A stretch of DNA of 64,000 bases. Origin: the human T2T-CHM13v2.0 reference genome, Homo sapiens. The stretch lies in NCBI RefSeq assembly GCF_009914755.1, contig NC_060939.1; one strand, 5' to 3'. Made by a program: the position numbers and the translations under genes. The first letter of the stretch is position 1. Each line of letters begins with the position of its first letter. This document shows, piece by piece, positions 42,127-64,000 of this stretch. The notes beneath the pieces are model-generated. The model worked only from the letters and a program-made list of their open reading frames with translations, was not told the origin of the DNA and did not search any database.

Positions 42127-42560
42127 TGCTTGGTTTGGTTTTGTTCTGTGTTTTGTTTTTTTCTTGTTGAGAGGGGAATGATACTTAACAGATAAGACTT
42201 CGTGGATTCATATATATCTGGTTTCAAATCTTACTGTGTTAACTAGGTGTGAGAGTTAAATACTTATGAGCCTCAGTTCAGCCTCATTTGAATGAAGGGG
42301 ACAGTAATATCCATGTTCAGAGTTTCTGTCAAGAGCCTGTCCATAGAAATAACCTGTTCTGTAGCATCATGTAAACATTCAGGAAAGGGTAGCTATTGGG
42401 GATTTTGAGAATGGTAGCAATAACGTTATTTGGAATGTAAAAGTATAAATGTGAATTTGAAGATTTTGGTCTTATATTACTAAAATTACTATCTGCAAAT
42501 GTTTTACCATGAGAATTTTTTTTTAAGCAGATTCATGTGTCAGTTCTTAAATATTTTTAA

Positions 42561-42854
<294 letters not shown>

Positions 42855-43062
42855 TAGGACAAGCTAGCAGACCTTTGTTGTTCATGAAAACTCATTAGTA
42901 TATCTTGATGATGAAACCTACAGCCATTTTTTCTAGTAATATACAGTAGTATATCTGAGGATACAAATGAAGACTTCTTTCTGCTCTATTAAGGAAAATA
43001 AATGACCTGAACCATCCAATTATAGGGAGGAAAGACAAATTTTTATACGCTTGGTTTTTAAC

Positions 43063-44521
<1,459 letters not shown>

Positions 44522-45506
44522 CTACACTTTTAAATACAAACATTTCACAAGTCTCAGCTAGTGGCTTCTTTTGTGCATGTTCTGAACCTTACTTTTCCAA
44601 ATATTCTCATGACGTTAGCTGTCACCTGTAATTTGATAACCCATATTTCTCATCTCAGCTTTTGCTACTTGCTTAATTTCTGTTACACCTTTTCATGTCA
44701 GTGTTCCACAATCCATTCAAATTCCTTTTGCTTATGTGTGATTCTGTTAAAAGAATACAGAATATACTTAGTAGTAGTTATCTCTGGGGAAGAAAGTGAA
44801 AATGATTTTTCTCCTCAACTAATCTGTCTTTTAAACTTTTTAAATCACTGGTGAGGATTGTTACAGGTCTTAAAGGTTGTTACAGGTCTACAAAAATCAG
44901 GTCTTAAAGGCAAAGGGCTAATTACTGCTACAGAATAAAAAATAGATGTGTTAGAGAAAGGGTGGCAGTGGTTCTCATTCTGAGAACTTCTAGCTAAGTG
45001 TTAGCAATGCCTCATCTGCGTTTATCTGGGATGTTACATGACCTGAGGAACTTAAAGAAAAATACAAATTCCTGATTCTTACTTAATTAGACTTAATGGG
45101 GGCTTTGCCGCTTGTATTTTCAGTTTCACAGGTGTGGGTTAGTGCAGTCAAGACTGAAACTCAAAGCAGTAGGGAATTTAAAATGTATCAGTAAATACTT
45201 TGTCTTTAGTGGAAGCAGCCGCTGTCTTACCTTTCTGTATTATTCAGCTGTATATTTTAATGATGGGTAAGCGGTGTACCATATAGATTTATAGCTGTTA
45301 AGTAATGAAGACATTGTTAAACTAATATTTCCTAGGATAATATGCCTATTTTAAAAAAAATGGCGCTTTATTGTCTCATAAATAGAACTAGCAAAACAAC
45401 CCTTTTGATACTTGGTTACTTGAATTCTCTTCAATTGCAATAAACGTTTGATAATAATAATGGGGGTCAAGAAAAAAGATTAATGCGTGGTCTCTTAATT
45501 TTACAG

Positions 45507-45593
45507 ATGTGGGAAGAATATCCTGATGTTTATGGGGTCAGGCGGTCAAACCGAAGCAGACAAGAACCATCGCGATTTAATATTAAGGAAGAG
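45507..45593 (+). CDS. CHD2: CHD2 exon 4 ([29 protein letters not shown])
   Basis: ttacag| and GAG|GTAAGG; 87 nt; CHD1/CHD2-type YGVRRS motif. Confidence 0.97.
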
Positions 45594-46834
45594 GTAAGGA
45601 AAAAATGTTTTAAGGGCATGCATTTAAACTCCCTATCTTACTTCATTCTTTCTGACTCTGGTATGTATTACCATTAAAAAGACTGAACTTCAGGCATGAG
45701 GGTTAAGTGACTCTAATATGAGCTATCTATGACCAGATACAGTAAGGCAAGAAGTTAATAATCAAATAAAAGAATCTAACCAGAAAGATCATATAATAGT
45801 GAATTTTTTAGTAGAGTATTATACAGAACTGACCTCAAAATGGTTTATTTTTTAAGTTGTCTCTCATAGTGAAAATTGATTATATATAGCAAGAAGTTTA
45901 CCTTTTTAAGCCCCTAACTTCTAAATCTCCTAGATATTTATTAAATGGGTAACTTGTTTGGTAAACAAACAGAGCAATAGAAATAGTTTGGGATTTATTC
46001 CTGAAAGAGGAGGGAGTGCTTAATTAATGTATCTACTTTTATTTAACTTCTTAAATTTGGTTTCCTTGCTCATTTTTAGTGTGAGATATAATAAAATGAG
46101 TTTCAAACATACTTACTCTAATTGTGAGAGATTGATCAGTGATTTTTTTAAATTGGTATTCTATACCAGGCTTGGTTGTCTATAGAATCAGACTTCTTTC
46201 ACCTTTCTCATTTTGTGTGATATTTTTGTGGATTCTTATTCTGAATTAGGTTTATAGACTAGATCCTGAAGAGAGATTCTTTTGTCTCAATGAAATGTCT
46301 ACTTTCTGCTTTCTTGGGAGGACTTTGCTAGTCTTAGCTATATAACGTACTTCTGATGAAAGTTAAATATTGATAGCCACAGGTCAGTGAGTTGGGTGTG
46401 GGTTTTTAAATAAATGTACCTTAAAAATCTAATTCACCCTAACATCTGCATTACATTTGTGATGTTTTATTTTGAGTGACCTCTGAGCTGTTTTGCCTTT
46501 GCTTTTGTTTTCCATAGTGTCTCGCACTAGGTTACTGAGCCATGTTTGTTAAAACCAATCACATAGTTGTAGAAATCTTTCCCTCTTTTACATATTAATT
46601 AACACATTCTCTGTAGGGTACAAGATTAACAGCAATAGGAATAGTTTGCCATTTTCCTTAATTGTGGAGAGAAAGAGCTACTGAAATGTCTGTGACTGTA
46701 AGCTTTCCTTGGCCTAGTGCTGTTAGCAGAGCACTGTTGGCTCATGAGTGAACATACTCTTAAATGAGTCTAAAATGAATACATCAGTAGTTGGTGCCTT
46801 TAAGGCACACTGACTAAATGTTGTGGCATTTTTA

Positions 46835-47045
46835 TTTGATAGTCTCAATCTGCAGTATCCAGTATGGTCCCCACTACTCACATGTGGCTTTTAAAATTCG
46901 CATTAGTTAAAAATAAAACTTCCATTTCTCAGTCACACCAGTCACATTTTAAGCGCTTGGTAGTCACATGTGGCTGATGGGTACTGTATTGGACATTGTA
47001 GATACAGGACATTTACATCGTTGCAGAAAGTTATTGGATATTGCT
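46835..47045. mobile_element. MER3/MER33-like hAT relic
   Basis: Internal inverted CACATGTGGC motifs and an ACATCGTTGCAGAAAGTT terminus. Confidence 0.65.
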
Positions 47046-47292
47046 GTTCTGGAAGTCAAGCTGAGATAAATATTTCCTGGCTTTAGAGATAACTCAGTGA
47101 TAGCAGAGAGATATTAATTTTCAAATCAAAAGAAGAGGGAGTTCCACCAAGCAAGTGCTTAGGTTTCTTTGTGTCTAAAAGCTCATATTGAATAATGGTA
47201 TATTGAGTAGACTGTTGATCCAGGAGATAGTGTTGTCCCGAAGAACTGTGAATTAAAGTCTGTAATCATTTTTCCCCCCTCACACACTGAAG

Positions 47293-47354
47293 GCAAGTAG
47301 CGGGTCTGAGAGTGGGAGCCCAAAAAGAAGAGGCCAGAGGCAGCTGAAAAAACA
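47293..47354 (+). CDS. CHD2: CHD2 exon 5 (ASSGSESGSPKRRGQRQLKKQ)
   Basis: ctgaag| and ACA|GTAAGT; 62 nt; phases fit exons 4 and 6. Confidence 0.95.
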
Positions 47355-48694
47355 GTAAGTCTTTCATGGGGGAAATTATTCAATCTAGTAGTTTCAAACT
47401 TGTCAGCATTTCTAGGACTGCCTTCGTTGTGTCTTTAGTCTACTCCAGGTCCCTTAGTCTGCTTCTGTCTCTCTTACTAGCTCGGGTGACTGTCTACCTT
47501 GACCTGTTGCAATAGCAGCAGCAGCATTGGAAACTCAAGATTCTCAGTTTAACACATGGAAGGGGTCCACGTATACTCGAGCTTTTGCTTGGGATAAATC
47601 TCAGCTTCTTCCATCGGGTTAACCCAATTAGCCCATTGATTTTTTTCAGAAAAATATGTATAAATAACAAGTACACAGGTATTTGGTATTGTAGTAAGCA
47701 AGGAACAAATGTAGATTTGCTATTTTTATGGCAAAATTATATTGGCTGAACATCCATTTTGGTAAGAAATTACATATTGTTGTTTCTGTATAATTTTAAT
47801 GTTGCAGTTCATAAGCCAGAAAAATTTAATTTGTGGACTTAATGTGGAGTTTCTTTATAACATAGATTTATATGTTGATTTTTTAATTTAAAAAGTTCGA
47901 TTTATATGATATGAAATTATTTGATTTTTTTTGAGAAATAATTTTTAAAGTCATTTTTTGGAGAGGGTGTGGATCCCGTTGACAATCTGAATTCTATAGC
48001 TTCTCTCAAAAATGTAGATATTCAAAACTTTGTATACCAGTTCAGGGGTTCTCATGTTAAACAGTTGTCCATGGCTTCTATTAAGAGCTCTAGGTACATA
48101 TGCTCTGTTGTAAAATATTATTACTCTTTAGTAAGTGGCCTAAGGCAAGTCATTTGAGATTTTAAAACCCATTTCCTCATCTCCAAAAAAAAAAATAATA
48201 CCATCTACCCAACAGGATTATTAGAAACTATGCTAAGATTTTGTGACATTAAATAAATGTAGGGTATTACAGAGCCTTACAGAAAAGTACTTAATTTTGC
48301 CCTGCTAGAGCGCATTCAGTTTTCATTTGTGTTTTGGAGAAATAGTAACTGTAAGCAAACCTGCACTTGGCATCTTAGAAGGCTTTTGTTCTGCCCCAGT
48401 CTCCTGGTCTGCTTGGGAGACTATTATCTGCTTACTGGTCTAATGGCCTTTTGAGTATCTTTCCTGAAATGTCCACCTTGATTACACCCTGGGAAATCCA
48501 TGCATGTAATCATTACTTCACCATCTGGCTACATTCCTTTGGTCTCTTGACTGCAAGTTAAATGGTGCTATGCTTGAATTCTTGACTTCCTATTTTAATG
48601 GCCTTATTTGTGTGTGCAGAAGCCAGCGTTTTTTTCAGTCACTGTATAATACATTGCGCTTACTCTGGTTACTGGCTCATAGTCTTGTCAGCCT

Positions 48695-53596
<4,902 letters not shown>

Positions 53597-54979
53597 TTTT
53601 TTGCATTCTTATATTGGGAGATTCTAAGTCCTCCTGGTTGTTCATAAGTCTGTAAATCTGTAATCTAACTGGAAAACTCTAGCCTCAACACATCCATTCT
53701 CTGTGTTTGCTGTCTGCTATACTTATAGAAGTGGACCTCATTGGTGGCCCTGGTTTAGGTTCTCAATTCCTGGGGGAGATATGGTAATTAGAATTTATTG
53801 GTGAATCTTTCTTATCTGAAGGACTAGCTGTTCATATTCCTTCAAGCATGCTTCTACTTCTCTCCAGTTTGACTGTGTAAGCCCCCTCTGAGGGGTAAAC
53901 TGTTGTGGACTTGGTCTGAGGGAGACTGCAGACTCATGCTGGTCTCCCACTTACTGTAAACATCTTCCTTTCTTCCTTCCTGGTGATCACCTTATATTCC
54001 TTGGATTCTTAGCAAACATTTATTGTACTATGCTCCGGGGAAGCAGAATTAGACCAGTGTCCAGAGTGTATATACGAAGGTCTTTGTTTTAAAGAGACTG
54101 AAGGATATTAGGCAATACTAACAGGCCTTTCTGTCTTACCAGAAGCACCCCTACCCGTCTGACTGATAGACTAATTGCGCATTCTTTCATTGATTTTTTT
54201 TTTTTTAACCTAACAAAGAAACATCTCCATTTGCCTGACTTTGGCTAAACTCTGGTACAAAGACGAACAAAAAGTCTTGGTGTACAAGGACCCATCTACT
54301 GGGGAAATGCATATGGAAACACGCAGTGCTAGTAGAAGTTGAATAATATTCATAAAATTGCTCCACTGACCGTCCGTGGAAGGCCTGAATTGTTGTTTTT
54401 TCCCCCTAAGGTCTCCACCAATTCAGGTTTAGGGTGACCGTTGTAGCTTTTAGGAAGGTTCTCAATCTGCACATCAGCCACCTCCTTTCAATAAGCTTTC
54501 ACCATTACTTGACCTGTTCTCCCATGAAGAATATTGATTTGACATTTGTCTTGTTGTAGCTGTTGTCTTTAGTATGACCTCATTCCCTATAAAGTGACCC
54601 ATAGGCAAATTGGTAATTGTTTGATTTACAGAGAAGCCCCAGGCACTTGCCTGTCAGTTTTTTCCTAGGTATTTCATGCCTAGCAGCTATTACATGTTTC
54701 TTCCCTCTTCTCTGTAGGTGAGAAATGAGTGGGGTCCCTGCAATATCTTGTTGGATTTTCAAGTAAACTAAAACTGTTTGGGATAGTAGGACGCCTGTAG
54801 GTTATGGCTCTTTCAAGCCTTCTAAGAATTCAAGGAGCAAAGGAACATCTACTGTATCTAATAATTATTAAAAACTACATCTTTAGCTGAACAGATTAGT
54901 TATATGATAGGTTTATTGTTGAAAAATAATTTTAGGGACTGTTTCCTTAAATGTATTCTAGAGACTTAAAATATCTAGT

Positions 54980-55490
54980 ATAGTGGTTCTCAGAGTTTCT
55001 ACCCAGTATCAGCATTACTTGAATTTGTTGAAATTCATATTTTTTAGGCCTCAACTGAGACCTACTGCATCAGGAGCTCTGACTAGGGCCCAGAAATCTT
55101 TTTTTTTTTGATGGAGGAGGGGCAGATAGGGGCAGGGTTTCACTCTTAACCGCCTAGGGTGGAGTACAGTGGCAAAATCACAGCTGACTGCAACCTCAAA
55201 CTCCTGGGTTCAAGTGATCCTTCCGCCTCCTCAGCCTCCTTAGTAACTAGGACTGTAGACATGCTCCACCAGGCCTGGCTCAATTTTAAAATTTTAACTT
55301 TAATTTTTCTGGAGAGGTGTCTTGTATTGCTCAGCTTGGTCTTGAGCTCCTGGACTCAAGTGAAACTCCCACCTTGGCCTCCCAAAGTGCTGAGATTACA
55401 GGCATGGACCATCTCACTTGGCCCAGAAATCTTTTTTAACAAGCCCTTTAGGTGGTCCTGATAACATTTTAAAATTTTGGAAGCACTGAT
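54980..55490. mobile_element. MER5-like hAT relic interrupted by a reverse AluJ (~55098-55423)
   Basis: AGTGGTTCTCA start; direct repeat CCCAGAAATCTTTTT flanks the Alu. Confidence 0.7.
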
Positions 55491-55608
55491 CTTGTGCATG
55501 TTATGGTTTCAATCTTGTCAATAAGAGTAGTAAATGAAAAAAGTACATATATATCCATTTTTATTTATTTTTGTTACTGGAGATAAAATAGGAATCGATA
55601 TTATGTAG

Positions 55609-55959
<351 letters not shown>

Positions 55960-56404
55960 TGAAATGAGAGCTTTAATGAGATGCATTGTGTTTTGATTCT
56001 GCGTTTTAGATATCTGTGGTTCACTTTCAGCCAGCCTACATTGCAGGTCTTACTGCTTCTTTCTTCGCAGACTGGCTATCGTGGGGCAAACATGTCTTCC
56101 GCTTTTAGTAAAACTCCTTATATGTTTGGCCAGGGTACAGTCTCTTTTTGGGAGAACAAATTGTTTAAAACACTGTTTGCCTGGCTTAAAGCATACTTGA
56201 GTGGTTTATTACCTTGTTCATAAAATCTATATAACATTAAACAAATAATCTGATTGTGTAGAGAAGGAGGTAGGCTGAAATAGCAGCAAATTATGCTAAT
56301 TTTTGATAAGACAGATGGCAGCCTAAGATAGTGATGACAGGAAAAGGGAGTCAGAAGACAGGCCCCAGGGAAAATTACCTCCTTGTAGTATTGCTTAGAA
56401 TGGA

Positions 56405-56770
56405 CTCAGCAAACTATGCCCTTTGGGCCAAATTTCATCCACCACCTATTTTCATATGGCCTGTGAGCTAAGAATAGTTTTTATAGATGAACATTTCTAA
56501 TTTACAGTTTAAGGATAGAGAGCACTAAATTTGAACTCCAATTAAGTGAAATGTTATCCCCTCAAAAACAATTCTGTTCTCATTAGTAGATATATATTGC
56601 AGTAAATGTACCTGATTATTTCATTTTGAATTATTTAAAAAAATTTGTGAAAATTTATTTTCTTTCATTATGTAAGGACCTATACATTGGTCCCCATTTT
56701 GCCTCTTGGCTGGCAGAGCCTAAAATATTTACTCTCTGGCCATTTACAGAAAAAGTTTGCCAACCTCTGG
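56405..56770. mobile_element. MER58-like hAT relic
   Basis: TCAGCAAACTATG...GGGCCAAAT start; GCCTAAAATATTTACT...GAAAAAGTTTGCCAACC end. Confidence 0.7.
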
Positions 56771-57800
56771 CCTAGGACATTGTACTTACCCCCCAACACC
56801 AGCAGGGGAATTTGTCAACTGAATTTTATCTTATTTTATCTCAGCTTAATAAGTTTATCTCAGAACTGTCACGCCAGTTCTGTCTTTTAGAATTTTGCTC
56901 ATTATTTATTACATCGTTGATCATCTGTTTAGGTTTGGTTATGAGAAAGGTATGGGAGGTATGAGAGAAAGAGATAATAAATGTGATCATGAGTATCCAT
57001 TTCTCTCCCTCTCTGACTTCTTTCACCTTTTTATCACTGATGGAATATTTGGGGATTTCCTTAGGTGAGCTTCTAGACTGTGGCTTTCAATCCTGGCCAT
57101 CTCCCTGGTCTGTCCAAGTTAATTCTGTGATAGGGCACACAGTCTCTCAGGTAGTATTCCAGGTATATTTTATACACATACAGTAAAAACTTATGTATAG
57201 TTACTTCTTGTGCTTTACTTTCTTCACACAGATAATAGCATCCTCTGCTGCTTGTTCTGTAGGTTTCTTTATCCTGGAAATCCTTTCGTATTAGTATACA
57301 AAAAACTCTTTTTTTTTTTCTATGAGTACATGGTACTGTTTAGTTTCCAGTTGAAGAATATTTAGAGTTTTCTTAATGTTTTGTTGTTGCAAATAATGCT
57401 ATAGTGAATACTTTATTATGCCTGTTTAGGTGTATATCAATAGGATTAATTCCTACAAGTAAAACTGTTAATTCCTACAAGTAAAATAGTTTGATAGCTA
57501 TTTCCAGTTTGCCCACCAAAGAGATACTATCATGAACAACATGCTGTGTATGTGTTTTTATATCAGGTAATCCTGATGAACATTTGTGAAACATTCACGT
57601 TCTTTCCCATAAATGATTGAGGATTATCAGCATTAGAATGACCTTCCTGTTGGAAATCCAGATTTCTAGTGAATTAGAATTTCAGGGAGTAGGGCCCAAG
57701 AATATGCATGTTTAACATTCCCCAAGTGAAATGTTACATTCTGATGTATGAACCACTGCTCTGGGAAATACTGTTATATAAAGTAGACACCAAATGATAA

Positions 57801-57980
<180 letters not shown>

Positions 57981-58432
57981 TAAGTTGTACCCCAGAAGTG
58001 TTTCACTGGTGTGATGTGATAAAGTAGTTGGTTAGATTTTGGTTCTCATAAGTCCGGGGTTGTGCACTTAATAGATAAAAATAACAGCCTATGTCCTGAA
58101 GTTGTTTTCAGAAATCTGGTTAGCTTTCTTGCAAAAAGAGTGGTATTGAGCCAAGGGGAATAGGAAAAGAGTAGCAATAGCTCATTTGAAGCCTTCATTC
58201 CTAAAAAACACCACAAGTTCGTGTCCTGTCCAATGGTGACTTAGTGGCATTATCTTCATTTCATAACATTTTTTTCCATTAAAGATATTTGGATTATATT
58301 CCTACTTCTGAATTGCTCTTTGAATCACAGACGTTTTTCTGAGGTTCAGCTTAACGTATTGCTACTTGAATCTGATTTTATCAAGTACTAATAGGATATG
58401 AAGCATTAATAGGAATTATCATTAGTGAAATA

Positions 58433-58722
58433 GGCCAGGCTCAGTGGCTCATGCCTGTAATTCCAACACTTTGGGAGGCCGAGGCAGGCAGATTGCTTGA
58501 GCCCAGGGGTTTGAGACCAGCCTAGACAACAGGGCGAGACCCTGTCTCTACAAAAAATAAGAAAAAGCCGAGTGTGGTGGCGGCATGCACCTGCAGTCCC
58601 AGCTACTTGGGAGGCTGAGGTGGGAGAATCCTGGGAGATGGAGGTTGCAGTGAGTTGAGATCACGCCACTGCACTCCACTCCAGGCAAAAAAGCTAGATC
58701 CTGTCTCAAAAAGAAAAAGGAA
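58433..58722 (+). mobile_element. AluJ
   Basis: Forward Alu consensus. Confidence 0.9.
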
Positions 58723-59014
58723 AATGAAATAAAGGAACAGATATATGCAAACACTAGTAGTTTACTTTATAGAAATCAAGTATTTTTTTTTTTAGATTTT
58801 ACAGATTTGTTCTTCATAGAGATGGTGAAAATGAATCCTAGAGATATTCATAACTTATTCAATGTATCCAGTTAATAATTCCAAAGCTAGGACTGGGCTT
58901 TGAGTATGCTAGTGTATAGCCTAGCACTTTTTCTTACTGTAACTGTACTACATCCAGGATTGTTTTTCTTTCTTGTGACTCAATCATTCATTGTTAATAT
59001 GTGATAGGAAGTTA

Positions 59015-59552
<538 letters not shown>

Positions 59553-60041
59553 AATATGTTTCTTTTTTTAAACCAGGAAGTATTTGTGTTGAAGCTTCCA
59601 GCAGTCTGGGAATACTTAAATTTCATATTCTTATTACTGGGAGACAACATACAGGGTTGACATTTTTAATTTTAGAAATATTGCTTCTCTTTTTGCCTGA
59701 TGAAATAGTAGCAAATTTTTTCTTCCATTATGGTTTTTCTTTTTTTGTGTGGTAGTCTACTTGTTTACATAATAATCTGATACTAAAAAATGAAAAAAAT
59801 AGAAGTGTCCTTATAGTTTTCTATATCTTGCTTATACAAATCAGTATAAATATAGAATTTTTATTTTCAAATTGAGTTAGACTCCCTACAGTTGTTTAGG
59901 AGCATTCATCAGCACTTTAGGAAAAAAAAGTAAGCTTTGAGCCTACTGTAAATGGCAGATCTATAAAACAACATGCTTTTGGAACCAAAAGGGTATGGTT
60001 TCTTATTCTAGTGACGGTTATGTGTGGCAGTTTAATTCTGA

Positions 60042-60266
<225 letters not shown>

Positions 60267-60946
60267 TAGATTTTAGGTATTTTAACTCTAATGTGATGAA
60301 TTTTAGTCTACTGCTGTATTTGTTGTGATATGTAGAAGTCTTTCTGACCCAGTGTTTCAGAGCTGAGGACAAAGGTATGTGTACACTATGTCTTTAAGAT
60401 TTTAAATTAAGCTAGTATAGATAAGTGTCAATGTTTTATAAAGCAGTGATATAGCAGAGATACCTGCTAATTAACATTAAGCAAATCCACCTTTGGTTAT
60501 TTGTTTCTTAAGCTCCTTGTGAAAATATCAAACTGGTTAAATAAATATTGTGGTAATATTGAAGATTTTTAAATATCTAATTTAGATATCTCATAACTAA
60601 GTTGCATTAAAGTAAACTTTCTGTAAAGGAAATACCAAAATAATACTTAATGCTTTTTCTTTTGGCTTTTTTTTTTTTTTCTTTTTTTCATTCTGGCTTC
60701 GATTGAGGTTAAGAAAGTTAACCGGGGACTTCGAGTAGGGGAGGTTGGAGGAGGATATTTTGGTGTTCTATCCTTAGTCTTGGAGAGAGGGATTTGTTTT
60801 CCGAGTTAGTAAGGGACCAAAACAAAAGGATGTTGCTGCTCTGTTTTTATTGTTTTTGAATAAGGGATTTCTTTGATTTCACCTGCAAATTTAGGAATAT
60901 GTAAAAAGTGGTTTACATTTTTAAAATACTTGAAATTTTTGATTGA

Positions 60947-61393
<447 letters not shown>

Positions 61394-62640
61394 TAATGCA
61401 TGGAGATCACAGCTATCTAGAATCTCAGATTTTGCTTTGATCATCTAAACATGGAGCCATTTACAATTCTATTTTATAAGATTGTGACCTTCAGATACTA
61501 TATTTTTATATGTGGCTACCAAGTTTTTGGAGTTAACTAGCTTATGGAGCGTTATTCACACATTCTTTAGTTTTCACAATAAGTGCATGAGATTTGTACT
61601 GTTATTACCCATTTTGTAGATGGGGAGAATACGGCACACAGCAATTCTGCAAGTGGACTCAGGTTTTGAATTCTGATGCCCTGAATCCAGAGCTTATTCT
61701 CTTAAGCACCTTGTTATTTTCCTGTAGTTAGGCTGGGGTGGCTTAGATGTAGAGAGTTAATATTCTGGAACTCTCTGGGTTATGATATACTTAAAACAAA
61801 TTCTGGTTTTATACAATTTGCAGAAATGATGTGAAGGAAATTATTAGGTTAACTACTGAAACTGTGATAGTCCTCGTGTGTTTAGTTTACTTACAGCCTT
61901 GAATGTCTGGGTGTTGTATATGGGAAATATGTGGAGCTATAGCACACAAAAACCTAAACTGGGTAATAATGGTATCAAGCTCAGCCTGAAGACATACCTG
62001 TCTGTGTGGTGTGATTAGCCTATTTTTGTGTCTGGAATGTGCATAGATTTTTGTGTCTGGAATGTGGACAGTAATTCTGGTTTTACTACTGTGCAAAATG
62101 TGCTACTTTAGTAAATTACATGTTTTTTCTTTGACTCAAAACTGAAAATATGTACCCCTTAGATGGTGAGGTAGGCTTGTAAAGCAGTTAGAAATTTGAA
62201 ATCCTCTGAAATATAATAATTCTAATATTAAGTTGCTGCTGTTGTCATCTGAAAGGTTTTGGTAATAAGAATAACTAGTTTTCCAAGTCATGTTTAATCA
62301 ATCCTAAAACCCATATATATATAAGAAAAGGCGTACAGTTTTATTATCCTGATTTGTTGAGATGTATGAATTTGCCACATGAATCTATCACATAAAAGAG
62401 TTATTTTTGGGTCTCTTTTTAGACAGGACACATCAGAGGCAGGTAACTGGTATATCCTTCTATGAGTGTAAGGTTTTCAGTGTTCTCTAAAAGTGTTTTT
62501 TTTGTTTGTTTGTTTTGTTTTGTAAAATCTCTGGCGTAATTACTAGTAAAGATTACTTAAGGGGCAGATGGGAGTAAAAAATAGGTTTTCTTTTCCACCT
62601 TTGACTTTTGCTTTGATGTATGTGGATCCCCAGACTTTAG

Positions 62641-62808
<168 letters not shown>

Positions 62809-62889
62809 TGAACTTGAGGAATAGTGGCTTTTGCTTTTGGAAGTAATGTAAATTTTAAAAATGCACTTTGGAGACTAGACACGTGCTAG

Positions 62890-63998
<1,109 letters not shown>

Positions 63999-64000
63999 AT

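Noticed and set aside
62022-62065. Direct repeat TTTTTGTGTCTGGAATGTG x2
   Set aside because: Simple local tandem duplication with no supporting structure.

Overview
Human genomic DNA (an AluYb8 insertion argues for Homo sapiens) that I recognise as the CHASERR (LINC01578)-CHD2 locus on chr15q26; both genes are on the + strand. A CpG-island promoter at ~0.6-1.8 kb drives the spliced lncRNA CHASERR, with predicted exons from ~1.0 to ~17.0 kb and an ATGG-rich last exon. CHD2 starts ~1.6 kb downstream (TSS ~18.6 kb, ATG at 19501). Coding exons 2-10 join in one continuous frame (1153 nt, ending just after chromodomain 1) and the gene runs off the right edge. CHD2 intron 2 (23 kb) holds a second CpG island overlapping the MIR3175 hairpin, a CTCF/YY1 element, two solo LTRs, DNA-transposon relics and many Alus. 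Almost all ORFs in the supplied track are Alu, L1 or low-complexity artefacts. The locus is known biology: CHASERR represses CHD2 in cis, and CHD2 is dosage sensitive. The most interesting sequence-level observations are (1) a possible RNA switch around the ATG-bearing exon 2, where a U1-like element in the intron-1 branch region is complementary to both the exon-1 donor and a hairpin-buried cryptic donor; (2) four uORFs in the CHD2 leader, one with a stop codon created by splicing; (3) candidate poison exons; (4) a strand-specific TGGA array between the two genes; (5) a ~102-bp inverted templated insertion inside an Alu. I could not run searches, so I cannot confirm that any of these is undescribed. 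Repeat boundaries and TSS positions are approximate.
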